A program made the position numbers and the translations under genes. This document shows, piece by piece, positions 55,222-64,000 of a stretch of DNA of 64,000 bases; within the stretch, counting starts at the first letter, position 1, and each line of letters starts with the position of its first letter. The DNA comes from Spirochaetia bacterium (GTDB lineage Bacteria > Spirochaetota > Spirochaetia > DSM-2461). Location: positions 832,001 through 896,000 of the forward strand of contig CAXXIA010000002.1 in NCBI GenBank assembly GCA_963666985.2, read 5' to 3'. A model generated the notes under the pieces. The model had not been told where the DNA came from. It searched no databases and was given only the letters and a program-made list of their open reading frames with translations.

Positions 55222-56646
55222 TTAATAAACAACAACACAGTTCCGCCCTTTGTTCTTCGCCTTATACAGAGCGGCGTCCGCCTCATGGATTATACCGGAT
55301 AAAGAAGAAGACTTTTCAGGGAGGCATCCCGAGATACCGGCACTAATGGTAACCGAACGGTTCATTCCTTCATACCGAAGTTCGGCCACTTCTTTTCGGA
55401 TTCGCTCGACAATCTCTTGCGCGGTATTCACCGGTGTTTCGGGAAAAAGAATAACGATTTCTTCTCCGCCGTACCGGGCGATGGTATCCGTGGCCCGAAG
55501 CCCCTCTTCACAGGTTCGGGCAATTTCCCTCAGGACAATATCACCCGTCTGATGACCGAATTCGTCGTTGACTTTCTTAAAATGATCAAGATCCAGCATC
55601 GCCGCGGAGATGTGCTTCTCCTCTCTGCGGGCCTTTTCGAAGAGGTATCGACTGTTCAAGTCGAAAGCATGCCGGCTCCCGATTCCCGTGAGCGCATCTT
55701 CCATGGCCAGCTTGTAGGTTTCGCCGTGCAGTCTGGCGTTCTCCAAAGCAATGGCAACGGGCCCCGATAAAGAACGGGCCAGTTCCAAGTTCCTGGCCGT
55801 ATAGAAGTTTTTCTTCGAGTGGTCGAAAGAAATCAGACCGATCACATCGCCGTGGGCAATCAGCGGTACGCCGATCCAGGAGCGGGTCGGGGAGATTTCC
55901 TCCACTTCGACAAAAGAGGGAAAATCCTTGGAAACGTCATGACTCAGCCAAGGACGGCGTTCCCGGATGGCTCGGGTGCTGAGGGAATCTTCTTGCGGAT
56001 AGGGAAATTTCAAGTTCATATAGAGTTCGGGAGATTCAAATCCGTATCCGCCGATGACTTCAAGATGTCCTTCATGCAGTACCTGAACCGTCGCCTTTTC
56101 ATACGGGACGATGGAACGCACCTCCTCCAAAATAATTCGAACGGTTTCATCCAAATCAAGACTGGAGATAATCGCTTCTATGGCCGTATTCAAAGCCTCG
56201 GACTCCCGGGCACGGTGAGAAGCCTCTTCCTGGGCCTCTTTAATCCGTGTCATATCCTCGTCAACACCTATATAGATTCTCGGAGATCCGTTGCTTTCCC
56301 GAACAATAACACCGCCTCTGTTTGAAATCCACCTCCATCCGCCGGCCGGATCCTTGAGGCGATATACTTCATGGAAATTGGACGTTTTGCCTTCAAACAT
56401 TTCATGCAACTCATCCGCAACCCTTTTAAAGTCTTCCGGATGCAGATGATTAATCCATTTCCGGTTATAGATTTCATTCGTCGGATAGCCGAATTCCTTC
56501 CAGAGATTGTTTGTCGTGGTTTTTTGACCTTTATAATCCACAAGGAATACACCCATCTGAGATAAGGCATCGACAATAATCGAATCTCCCATAATGAGTT
56601 CGAGAGCGTGCAGGATTTTTCTCTTCCTCTTTCGCATCATGCTCAA
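55222..56646 (-). CDS. PAS-GAF diguanylate cyclase
   Basis: 'HPED' PAS, GAF 'SWIGVPL..AIALENARL', 'DALTG', 'DLDHFKKVND', 'RYGGEEI', RxxD I-site 'RATD'. Confidence 0.92.
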   Translation of the reverse strand: MSMMRKRKRKILHALELIMGDSIIVDALSQMGVFLVDYKGQKTTTNNLWKEFGYPTNEIYNRKWINHLHPEDFKRVADELHEMFEGKTSNFHEVYRLKDPAGGWRWISNRGGVIVRESNGSPRIYIGVDEDMTRIKEAQEEASHRARESEALNTAIEAIISSLDLDETVRIILEEVRSIVPYEKATVQVLHEGHLEVIGGYGFESPELYMNLKFPYPQEDSLSTRAIRERRPWLSHDVSKDFPSFVEVEEISPTRSWIGVPLIAHGDVIGLISFDHSKKNFYTARNLELARSLSGPVAIALENARLHGETYKLAMEDALTGIGSRHAFDLNSRYLFEKARREEKHISAAMLDLDHFKKVNDEFGHQTGDIVLREIARTCEEGLRATDTIARYGGEEIVILFPETPVNTAQEIVERIRKEVAELRYEGMNRSVTISAGISGCLPEKSSSLSGIIHEADAALYKAKNKGRNCVVVY

Positions 56647-56675
56647 CGATTATCCTCAAGGCCGTTAAAATTGCC

Positions 56676-56751
56676 TCCGACAGCCGAAACCCCTCAATTC
56701 TCGCTTTTGAAGGGCTTTGTTTCAAAAATCGCTGATTTTTGAAATTGCCTC
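56676..56751. repeat. Dispersed 76-bp palindrome-containing element, copy 2 (inverted)
   Basis: Reverse complement matches 40122-40197. Confidence 0.85.
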
Positions 56752-57029
56752 ATCGACTAATCATTCCCATCAACTTATATAGTCGCCGTTTCCCAGGAAA
56801 CAATCCAGTTCGTCAAAACACCAAAAAAAGTATAAAATACGGAAGGATACAAAAAATCATTGAAAATTAAAAAAATAAAAATAGATCAGAACGAATCTCT
56901 TCCGGATTGGATTTTAAGGGGATTCGGCCGTCGATTACATGCAATTTCATGAATTATGAAATTGCCGCGGCAAGATATTCCTTCAGAGCCGCCTTTACAA
57001 TAAAATGAGCCTGCCCCAAGGAAAGCATC

Positions 57030-57770
57030 ATGAAATTCACCATTATTGCAAAAATAGCAGCCCTAAGCATGATACTGCTTGGGACGACATCTTGCATGAT
57101 GAAGCAAGAGGTCCATATCGACGAAACAGGCGGCGGGCGTGTTGTCTTCAACATTACACTTGCCGAATACCTGACGGAAGTCATCGATCAGGTGCAAACC
57201 GTTCTGAATCCCGAGAATCCCCTGCCCGGCAGCGACGAACCCTTTTTCAATACGGAAGCCATCCGAAAAGACCTGGAGAAACGGGACCGTGTGGAACTCC
57301 TGAGTTTGAACTCACCGACGCGAAACACTCTGACGGGAGAAATCCGATTTGACGACATTTCGGGGATTTTTCAAGAAATCAAAACGGACTCCTCCGCGGC
57401 CGAACTTGTTCGATTTGAACGACACGGCAAAGTCTCGGAACTGACGGTGCTTATCAACCGGGCAACCGTCGAAGCACTCCTTGCGGAAAATCCCTCTTTC
57501 AATAATCCTCTGGTGGAATCCTTCGGGCCCGCAACCACCGAAGGCTTATCGGAAGAAGACTATCTCGACATGATGGGCTTCCTCCTTGGAGAGGAGAGCC
57601 GTCTCGGCATCATCGATTCGACACTGGATATTACAATCAAAATCGAAGGCCGCATCCTGGAACAGAAAGGCGGACAAATCATCGGCAACAGCACCGTCAA
57701 ATATAAAATCCCCCTGCTTTCCCTTCTGATGCTGAAAGAGCCTCTCGAATACAATCTTCGGTACGAGTGA
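57030..57770 (+). CDS. Hypothetical lipoprotein
   Basis: Signal peptide ending 'LLGTTSC'; stop overlaps MMPL start. Confidence 0.78.
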   Translation: MKFTIIAKIAALSMILLGTTSCMMKQEVHIDETGGGRVVFNITLAEYLTEVIDQVQTVLNPENPLPGSDEPFFNTEAIRKDLEKRDRVELLSLNSPTRNTLTGEIRFDDISGIFQEIKTDSSAAELVRFERHGKVSELTVLINRATVEALLAENPSFNNPLVESFGPATTEGLSEEDYLDMMGFLLGEESRLGIIDSTLDITIKIEGRILEQKGGQIIGNSTVKYKIPLLSLLMLKEPLEYNLRYE

Positions 57771-60124
57771 GCCGGCGAGAAATGAATATTAATAATTCCA
57801 TCAAGTCCATACTCGGCCGTTCAAAATTCATAATCGTTCTTACGCTTTTAATTACCGTATTTATGGGATTTAAAGCGAAAAATGTTGATATCGATACCAA
57901 CGTCAATACGCTGATGCCGCAGCGCAATAAAAGGATCAGCTTAATCAAGAACGAAATCGGCATCGAATCGGAGAGATCAAATTACTTATTCCTCAGCATT
58001 TCCGGTGATAATCTCTATAACCTGGAAGTTCTCGGAACCTTTCAGGAAACAATCGACCGCATTATGGAAATGCCGGATTTTGAAGGAGTTCTCTCACCAT
58101 TCAATTTCATTTTCTTTAATGCCGAGGGAAAACGAATTATTCCGGGAACCCTCTCGCCCACGGGAAAAGCCCCTTCAACCGCGGAAGAACTGGCTGAATT
58201 CGAAGACCGGATAAAAAAACAATCACTCTCGGAGAACTTCGTCGTAGCCGATGAGGGCCGCATTCTGACCGCCGTTTTCACCACAGGCCGTATAGAAGAA
58301 GATACCGGCGCTTTCATGAATCGGTTCCTGGAGAGTATTGCCCCTCTTGAGAACGTTACTCATGTATATTACTCTGGAGACATTCCGTTTCAGGACCGTG
58401 TTGCTTTTCATTTAGGCAAAGATTTTTCCACTCTGCTCATTCTGGCACTGGCGGCAATGCTGGTTATTTTTCTAATCAGCTTCCAAACCGTTCGCGCCAT
58501 GATTCTGCCACTGGTGGTGGTGATTATCGGAGCCATATGGACCGTGGGCTTCATGTCCATGGCGGGTTTTGAGATTACCGTTGTAAGCGTAATCATCCCC
58601 TCGCTTATTCTCACTTTGGGCAGCTCTTACACCATCCATATCCTTAGTGAATACTACAGAAATCCCAGAGCGGAGGGAGCCGAAAAGCACCAATGGCTGG
58701 CCGATGCCGTGGAACACGTTATAAAAACCGTCGTCGTAGCGGCATTAACGACAATGTTCAGTTTCTTAAGCCTCCTGACCACGACTTTGGCGCCGCTCCA
58801 GGAATTCGGGCTCTCCATCGGTTTGGGAATTTTCTTCTGCGCCGTTCTGGCGCTTTTTTTCCTGCCGGCCATGTTCGCTCTGCTGCCGACTCCGCGAAAA
58901 CACCTGAAGGAACGAATGCATCGCGGACCGCTCTCCCGCATGGTAACGGCTCTGGGAACCTGGTCCAGCAGGCATCCGCTCCTTGTCACGGGGCTGTTCC
59001 TTCTGCTCTTCGCCGGTTTTCTGTCGGTTTATCCGCACATCAAGCATCAATCGGATTACTTCTCCTACTTTCCCTCCGACGACCGCATCATCAGAGACAC
59101 GCAATTTATCAACAAGCACAGCGGAGGTTCACAAACTTTCAACATTACGCTGACCGCTCCCGAAGGTGAAAAGAACTTTTTTCTGAATCCCGAAACCCTC
59201 AGGATGGTGGACAATCTGGAAACCCTCCTTGATTCCAATCCGTCGGTTACCAATAAACTTTCTTTTCTCGGAATCTTAAAAAACATGAATAAAGCCGTAT
59301 CCGGCGCTGAGACGGTACCGGATTCCCGAGGGCTTATCCTTCTTCTCAACCGTTATTTCAGAATGATTCCAACAGGGAAATTCGCCCTTGGTCAGGATTC
59401 GAGCATTATGAGCGAAGACGGAAACAGCTTGACCATCTATCTGAAAATGGCGGAAGCCGAAACCTACAGCATTATGAACGAGGACGACCTTCGCGGCTTC
59501 CTGAACTATGTGGAGAACTCTCTGGATGAAACTTTGGACGAATCGATCGATTCGTACCTCTGGGGCAGTACGATGCTGCTGCTGGATACATCAAAAACCA
59601 TTAAACACGACCAGCTCCGTTCAACCGCCCTTTCGATGATTCTCGGAATGATCATCTCGGCGATATTCTTCAAATCGTTCACTTACAGCATTATCGCTCT
59701 CATCCCTCTTCTCAGCGGAATCTTCTGGTATTTCATTACCCTGTTCGTCTCGGGCATACCGCTGGACATGACAACCATCATCGTTACCAACGTCACCGTC
59801 GGGGTTGGTTTGGACGATGCGGTTCATTTCATCCTTCAGTATCGAATGCAGCGGCGGCGGCAATCTTTTAAACCGGCCCTGTCGTGGTCGCTGCGCATAA
59901 CGGGGCGTCCCATCGTTCTCACAACCTTATCCATGGTCGCCGGTCTGATGGTTCTCTGCTTCGCCAGTTTCAAACCCGTGGTCTACCTGGGCTATTTGGT
60001 GGCCGGAACATTGTTTTCAACCATGGTGGGAACCGTAATATTCATCCCCGCCGCCATTACGCTCTACGAGAAATTCTTGGCTCGGAAAACCTTACGTATG
60101 AGCCCCCCCCAAGAACCCTCTTAA
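57767..60124 (+). CDS. MMPL/RND-superfamily transporter
   Basis: Two repeated TM-periplasmic modules; 'SSYTIHI', 'GVGLDDAVHF', 'TGRPIVLT'. Confidence 0.9.
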   Translation: MSRREMNINNSIKSILGRSKFIIVLTLLITVFMGFKAKNVDIDTNVNTLMPQRNKRISLIKNEIGIESERSNYLFLSISGDNLYNLEVLGTFQETIDRIMEMPDFEGVLSPFNFIFFNAEGKRIIPGTLSPTGKAPSTAEELAEFEDRIKKQSLSENFVVADEGRILTAVFTTGRIEEDTGAFMNRFLESIAPLENVTHVYYSGDIPFQDRVAFHLGKDFSTLLILALAAMLVIFLISFQTVRAMILPLVVVIIGAIWTVGFMSMAGFEITVVSVIIPSLILTLGSSYTIHILSEYYRNPRAEGAEKHQWLADAVEHVIKTVVVAALTTMFSFLSLLTTTLAPLQEFGLSIGLGIFFCAVLALFFLPAMFALLPTPRKHLKERMHRGPLSRMVTALGTWSSRHPLLVTGLFLLLFAGFLSVYPHIKHQSDYFSYFPSDDRIIRDTQFINKHSGGSQTFNITLTAPEGEKNFFLNPETLRMVDNLETLLDSNPSVTNKLSFLGILKNMNKAVSGAETVPDSRGLILLLNRYFRMIPTGKFALGQDSSIMSEDGNSLTIYLKMAEAETYSIMNEDDLRGFLNYVENSLDETLDESIDSYLWGSTMLLLDTSKTIKHDQLRSTALSMILGMIISAIFFKSFTYSIIALIPLLSGIFWYFITLFVSGIPLDMTTIIVTNVTVGVGLDDAVHFILQYRMQRRRQSFKPALSWSLRITGRPIVLTTLSMVAGLMVLCFASFKPVVYLGYLVAGTLFSTMVGTVIFIPAAITLYEKFLARKTLRMSPPQEPS

Positions 60125-60619
60125 GCGGAAAGGCAAAAAGTCCCGAGGAATAACGATCGGCGGACATGTAATACTCCGAAAAAAGCCATCCCACCGTGCC
60201 GCCACAGGCCGTTTTTTTTGAAGAGGTAATCGTATAGGAATAACCGGTGTTGAAACCATGGGAAAAGACGAGGCCCAATACACCGGAATCGCATTATTTT
60301 CCGTTTGCGCCGCGGCGCTCTACGCGGTCTTGACTGTTCGATGGGGCTTTAACAGGGATTTCCGCATATTCCGTACCTGGTGACGGACCGGAGCATCGAA
60401 ATCCGGGACAGCTTGTGCGCACGACTCTTCCCGGCGCGGATATTCGGAATTCTTTGTCCCCGGGGGAATAAAACGGTTTCCCGGACGGCCGAAAATCTGA
60501 AGCCGCCCGGATTCTCGTCTTCTCCGAGAACTTCGGACATTCGCCGATCCGATTACCAAGGGATCGGTTCCCCCATGGGCCCGATTCCGCGCCCATGGTT
60601 TCCCTCTTTAGCTGATCCG

Positions 60620-62896
60620 TTAGGCCGTTTCCCGAAGACGATGCGCGGCTTCCACCATGTTCTTAAGCGAAGCCTTGGTTTCCGGCCAGTCCCTGGTTTT
60701 CAAACCGCAGTCGGGATTTACCCAGAGCCGCCTTTTGGGAATGCGCTTGGCCGCCTTTTGCATCAGATCGATCATATATTCGGTTTTCGGCACGTTCGGT
60801 GAATGGATATCGTACACGCCCGGACCGATTTCATTGGGATAAGCGAACTTATCAAAAACGTCCAGAAGCTCCATATCGGACCGGGATGTTTCAATGGTAA
60901 TAACATCCGTATCCATCTCCGCGATGGACTCGATGATGTCATTAAACTCCGAGTAACACATATGGGTGTGAATCTGAGTCTTATCCTCAACACCGTTCGC
61001 CGTTATCCGGAAGGAACCGACGGCCCAGTCCAAATATTCCTTCCAATCCGCCTTTCGCAGAGGCAGTCCTTCCCGAAGTGCCGCTTCGTCGATCTGGATG
61101 ACTTTGATGCCGGCCTTCTCCAGATCCAGAACCTCGTCCCTGACGGCCAGGGCCAATTGGAGGCAGGTTTCCGAGCGCGGCTGATCGTCCCGGACGAAGG
61201 ACCAATTCAGAATTGTCACCGGTCCGGTGAGCATGCCCTTCATCGGCTTGTCGGTAAGCGACTGAGCATAGGTAATCCAGTCAATCGTCATGGGCTTCGG
61301 CCTGCGGATGTCGCCGAAAAGGATGGGCGGCTTCACGCAGCGGGAGCCGTAGGACTGAACCCAGCCGTTTCCGCTGAAAACGTAACCTTCCAGCTGCTCG
61401 CCGAAATACTCCACCATATCGTTGCGTTCCGGTTCGCCGTGAACAAGAACATCCAGTCCCAGCTCCTCCTGAACGGCCACGACATTCCGGACTTCCGCCC
61501 GAATCCTTTCGGTATAGGTTTTTTCGTCGATCTCGCCCTTCTTGAACTTTCTGCGGACGGAGCGAATTTCAGCGGTCTGCGGATAAGAACCGATGGTCGT
61601 GGTGGGGAAAAGAGGCAGTCCCAGGATGTTCTCCTGCAGGGCCGCCCGTTCGGCATAGGGGCTTTTCCGCCGTCCCATATCGGGTGTTGCGGCCGCGGCG
61701 CGCGCTTTCACTTCGGGAATATTCACCCGGGATGACGTTCTCCGCGATTCGAGGGCAAGACGGTTTGCCTCAAGCTTTGCCTCAGCGGCCTCCCGCCCCT
61801 TGTTGACGGCGCCGGCAAGAACAACCAGCTCATCCAGCTTCTGAACGGCAAAAGCCAGCCAGGAGAGAATCTCCGAATCCATACTCTTTTCCAGACTCAA
61901 ATCCACGGGAACATGCAGAAGAGAACAGGAAGGGGCCAGCCACAGCCGATCGCCCAGCTTATCGGCGATGGGTTCCAGCCATTCAAGAAGCGCCGTCAGA
62001 TCGGTTTTCCAGATATTGCGTCCGTCGATAACGCCGAGAGAAAGCTCCATTCCGGCGGGAAGCTTCTCGATGACTTTCTGAACTTCAGAGCGGCCGCGGA
62101 CGGCATCCACATGAATCGCGTCGATGGGAAGAGAAAGAGCCAAGTCGAGATTGTCCCCAAGCGTTCCGAAGTAGCAGGCCGCCATTTTTTTTATCTTAAG
62201 ACCGGAAAGGGCGGCATAGGCTTTCCGGAAAGCTTCCTTCCATTCCTCTTCGAGGTCCATAACCAAAACCGGTTCGTCAATCTGCACCCATTCGACATTC
62301 TTCTCTTCGAGGGCGCCGAGAATCACTTCATACGCTTTGAGAAGAGAGTCCAACAGAGCCAGCTTATCGATATTCCCCTTCTCTTTTCCCAGCCTCAGAT
62401 AGCTTACCGGACCGAGAAGAACCGGCTTGGCGGAAACACCCGCGGCGCGCGCTTCATCAATCTGTTCGATCAGTCGTGTAACATCCGGAGAAAAATGAGT
62501 TTCTTCGGAAAATTCGGGAACGATATAGTGATAATTCGTGTCGAACCATTTGGTCATCTCTCCGGCGGCGACACCTTCGGAGGTTCCATCCACGGGGGAA
62601 CGGCCTCTGGCCACCCGAAAAAACTGATCGAAAAGATCGCCTCCGGCCTTTTGGGCACGGCTCGGAATATTCCCGAGAGTAAAACTCATATCAAGAACAT
62701 GATCGTAAAAGGAAAAATCACCCACCGGAACCCAATCCAAGCCGGATTGAATGGTCCAGTTATTCTTCCGAAGCATCACTCCGGTTTCAATCAGTTCTTC
62801 TTTGGAAATCCGTCCCTTCCAATACGCTTCCTGAGCTTTTTTCAGTTCTCGATTCGCCCCTATTCTGGGAAATCCTAAATTATGTGCTTTTGCCAT
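60620..62896 (-). CDS. metE: Cobalamin-independent methionine synthase
   Basis: 'LGFPRIG', 'KWFDTNYHY', '[13 protein letters not shown]', 'HTHMCYS', 'NPDCGLKTR'. Confidence 0.98.
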   Translation of the reverse strand: MAKAHNLGFPRIGANRELKKAQEAYWKGRISKEELIETGVMLRKNNWTIQSGLDWVPVGDFSFYDHVLDMSFTLGNIPSRAQKAGGDLFDQFFRVARGRSPVDGTSEGVAAGEMTKWFDTNYHYIVPEFSEETHFSPDVTRLIEQIDEARAAGVSAKPVLLGPVSYLRLGKEKGNIDKLALLDSLLKAYEVILGALEEKNVEWVQIDEPVLVMDLEEEWKEAFRKAYAALSGLKIKKMAACYFGTLGDNLDLALSLPIDAIHVDAVRGRSEVQKVIEKLPAGMELSLGVIDGRNIWKTDLTALLEWLEPIADKLGDRLWLAPSCSLLHVPVDLSLEKSMDSEILSWLAFAVQKLDELVVLAGAVNKGREAAEAKLEANRLALESRRTSSRVNIPEVKARAAAATPDMGRRKSPYAERAALQENILGLPLFPTTTIGSYPQTAEIRSVRRKFKKGEIDEKTYTERIRAEVRNVVAVQEELGLDVLVHGEPERNDMVEYFGEQLEGYVFSGNGWVQSYGSRCVKPPILFGDIRRPKPMTIDWITYAQSLTDKPMKGMLTGPVTILNWSFVRDDQPRSETCLQLALAVRDEVLDLEKAGIKVIQIDEAALREGLPLRKADWKEYLDWAVGSFRITANGVEDKTQIHTHMCYSEFNDIIESIAEMDTDVITIETSRSDMELLDVFDKFAYPNEIGPGVYDIHSPNVPKTEYMIDLMQKAAKRIPKRRLWVNPDCGLKTRDWPETKASLKNMVEAAHRLRETA

Positions 62897-62946
62897 CGTC
62901 TTATCTCCTTTTGGTACATTATGCTTTTTTTATCTATGTGGAAAAT

Positions 62947-62980
62947 TGATAATTTTTCATATAATCATGATTGATACTCA
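62947..62980. promoter_or_regulatory. Tandem MetR-type LysR boxes
   Basis: TGATAATTTTTCA and TGATTGATACTCA (TGA-N7-TCA, T-N11-A) in metE/metR intergenic region. Confidence 0.7.
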
Positions 62981-63001
62981 TCATACAAGGATACCGCCGG
63001 A

Positions 63002-63952
63002 ATGCTGGAACGCCTTCATCTCTCCATTCTAAGGGAAATCAAACGAAGCGGGACTCTTACCGAAGCGGCCGCGAGCCTGAATCTTACTCAATCGGCTCTC
63101 AGTCATTCCATTAAGAAATTAGAGCAGGATTTCGGTGTACGTTTATGGGAAAAAGACGGACGCCGTCTCCGATTCACGGAAGCCGGCAGCTACCTTCTGA
63201 ACGTGGCCAATCGTCTGCTGCCGCAGATGGATCATGCGGAACGGATTCTGGAACAATTCGCTTCCGGACAAAGAGGGATTCTCCGCATCGGAATCGAATG
63301 CCATCCCTGTTCCCTCTGGCTAACCCGGATTGTCTCGCCGTTCTTAAACCGCTGGCCCGATGTGGATGTCGATATCAGGGAAGAATACCGATTCGGAGGG
63401 ATGGGGGCGCTCATCGGACATGATATCGATCTTCTGATTACGCCCGATCCCCTGAAAAAATCGGGATTGATCTTCGAACCCGTTTTCGATTTCGAAATGG
63501 TCCTCGTCGTTCCCGAAAAACATCCTTTAGCCGACAGGAAATTCGTCCGGCCGCAACAGCTCTCGGAAGAAATCCTGCTGACCTACCCCGTGGAGAATGA
63601 TCGGCTGGACATCATGACCATGTTTTTCGTTCCTTCACAATGCCGTCCGAAAAAGCATAAATACATTGAAAATACGGAAATGCTCCTGCAGATGGTGGCC
63701 GCCGGAAGAGGTGTGACGGCACTGCCGAAGTGGTTCGTGGATGAATATCAAGGAGCGTTTCAAATCCGCAGTATCCGCCTGGGTGAAAAAGGTCTCTATA
63801 AACAGCTTTTCATCGGCCGCCGGAAAAAGGCGCAAATCGAGGAATATATAACGGGATTTATTTCCATGGCCCGCGAGGCGGGAACAATGATTACCGCTCC
63901 GAACATTCGACATACTCCCCGACCGATTGACTCATCCTCTCTCTTGCCATAG
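63002..63952 (+). CDS. metR: LysR-family regulator MetR
   Basis: HTH 'LTQSALSH', 'IGIECHPC', 'TYPV..RLD', 'TEMLLQMVAAGRG'; divergent from metE. Confidence 0.9.
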   Translation: MLERLHLSILREIKRSGTLTEAAASLNLTQSALSHSIKKLEQDFGVRLWEKDGRRLRFTEAGSYLLNVANRLLPQMDHAERILEQFASGQRGILRIGIECHPCSLWLTRIVSPFLNRWPDVDVDIREEYRFGGMGALIGHDIDLLITPDPLKKSGLIFEPVFDFEMVLVVPEKHPLADRKFVRPQQLSEEILLTYPVENDRLDIMTMFFVPSQCRPKKHKYIENTEMLLQMVAAGRGVTALPKWFVDEYQGAFQIRSIRLGEKGLYKQLFIGRRKKAQIEEYITGFISMAREAGTMITAPNIRHTPRPIDSSSLLP

Positions 63953-64000
63953 TCTTTATAACACCTGATCAATATCCCGACCCCGCCAAACACCGTCACG

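Noticed and set aside
60294..60596. 100-aa ORF downstream of metE
   Set aside because: No family features; starts inside a hairpin; overlapping alternative ORFs equally weak

Overview
Bacterial chromosomal window, most likely from a free-living anaerobic spirochaete (class I LysRS, 'AGGxQD'-type binding-protein N-termini; taxonomy is inference). No rRNA, tRNA, CRISPR array or intact transposase was seen. From left to right it holds: (i) an ABC transporter with a pteridine-reductase-like SDR and a deaminase-type amidohydrolase, next to a GntR/UbiD/UbiX decarboxylase module; (ii) a GntR-FGGY kinase-DhnA aldolase-Zn dehydrogenase-sugar ABC operon; (iii) a CBS-PP2C phosphatase and lysS; (iv) a TRAP transporter between two OYE/Fe-S/FAD oxidoreductases; (v) csaA, an 18x hexamer repeat and a second sugar ABC system; (vi) a C-N hydrolase, rlpA and a panB-panC-coaC-coaB-coaX operon with a structured leader, where coaB and a neighbouring HAD gene each carry a +1 frameshift; (vii) two AT-rich accessory islets and small dispersed palindromic repeats; (viii) a complete sigma54-dependent pspF/pspABC locus; (ix) alkaline phosphatase-yibE/F; (x) a translationally coupled ECF sigma / membrane anti-sigma-like / exported caspase-repeat-beta-barrel operon; (xi) GIN-domain protein, membrane LuxR, diguanylate cyclase, lipoprotein-MMPL and metE/metR. 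The best candidates for under-described systems are the caspase-anti-sigma-ECF trans-envelope signalling operon (48986-53143) and a possible pterin/N-heterocycle catabolic locus (18-6726). No searches were run; family calls come from motif recognition.
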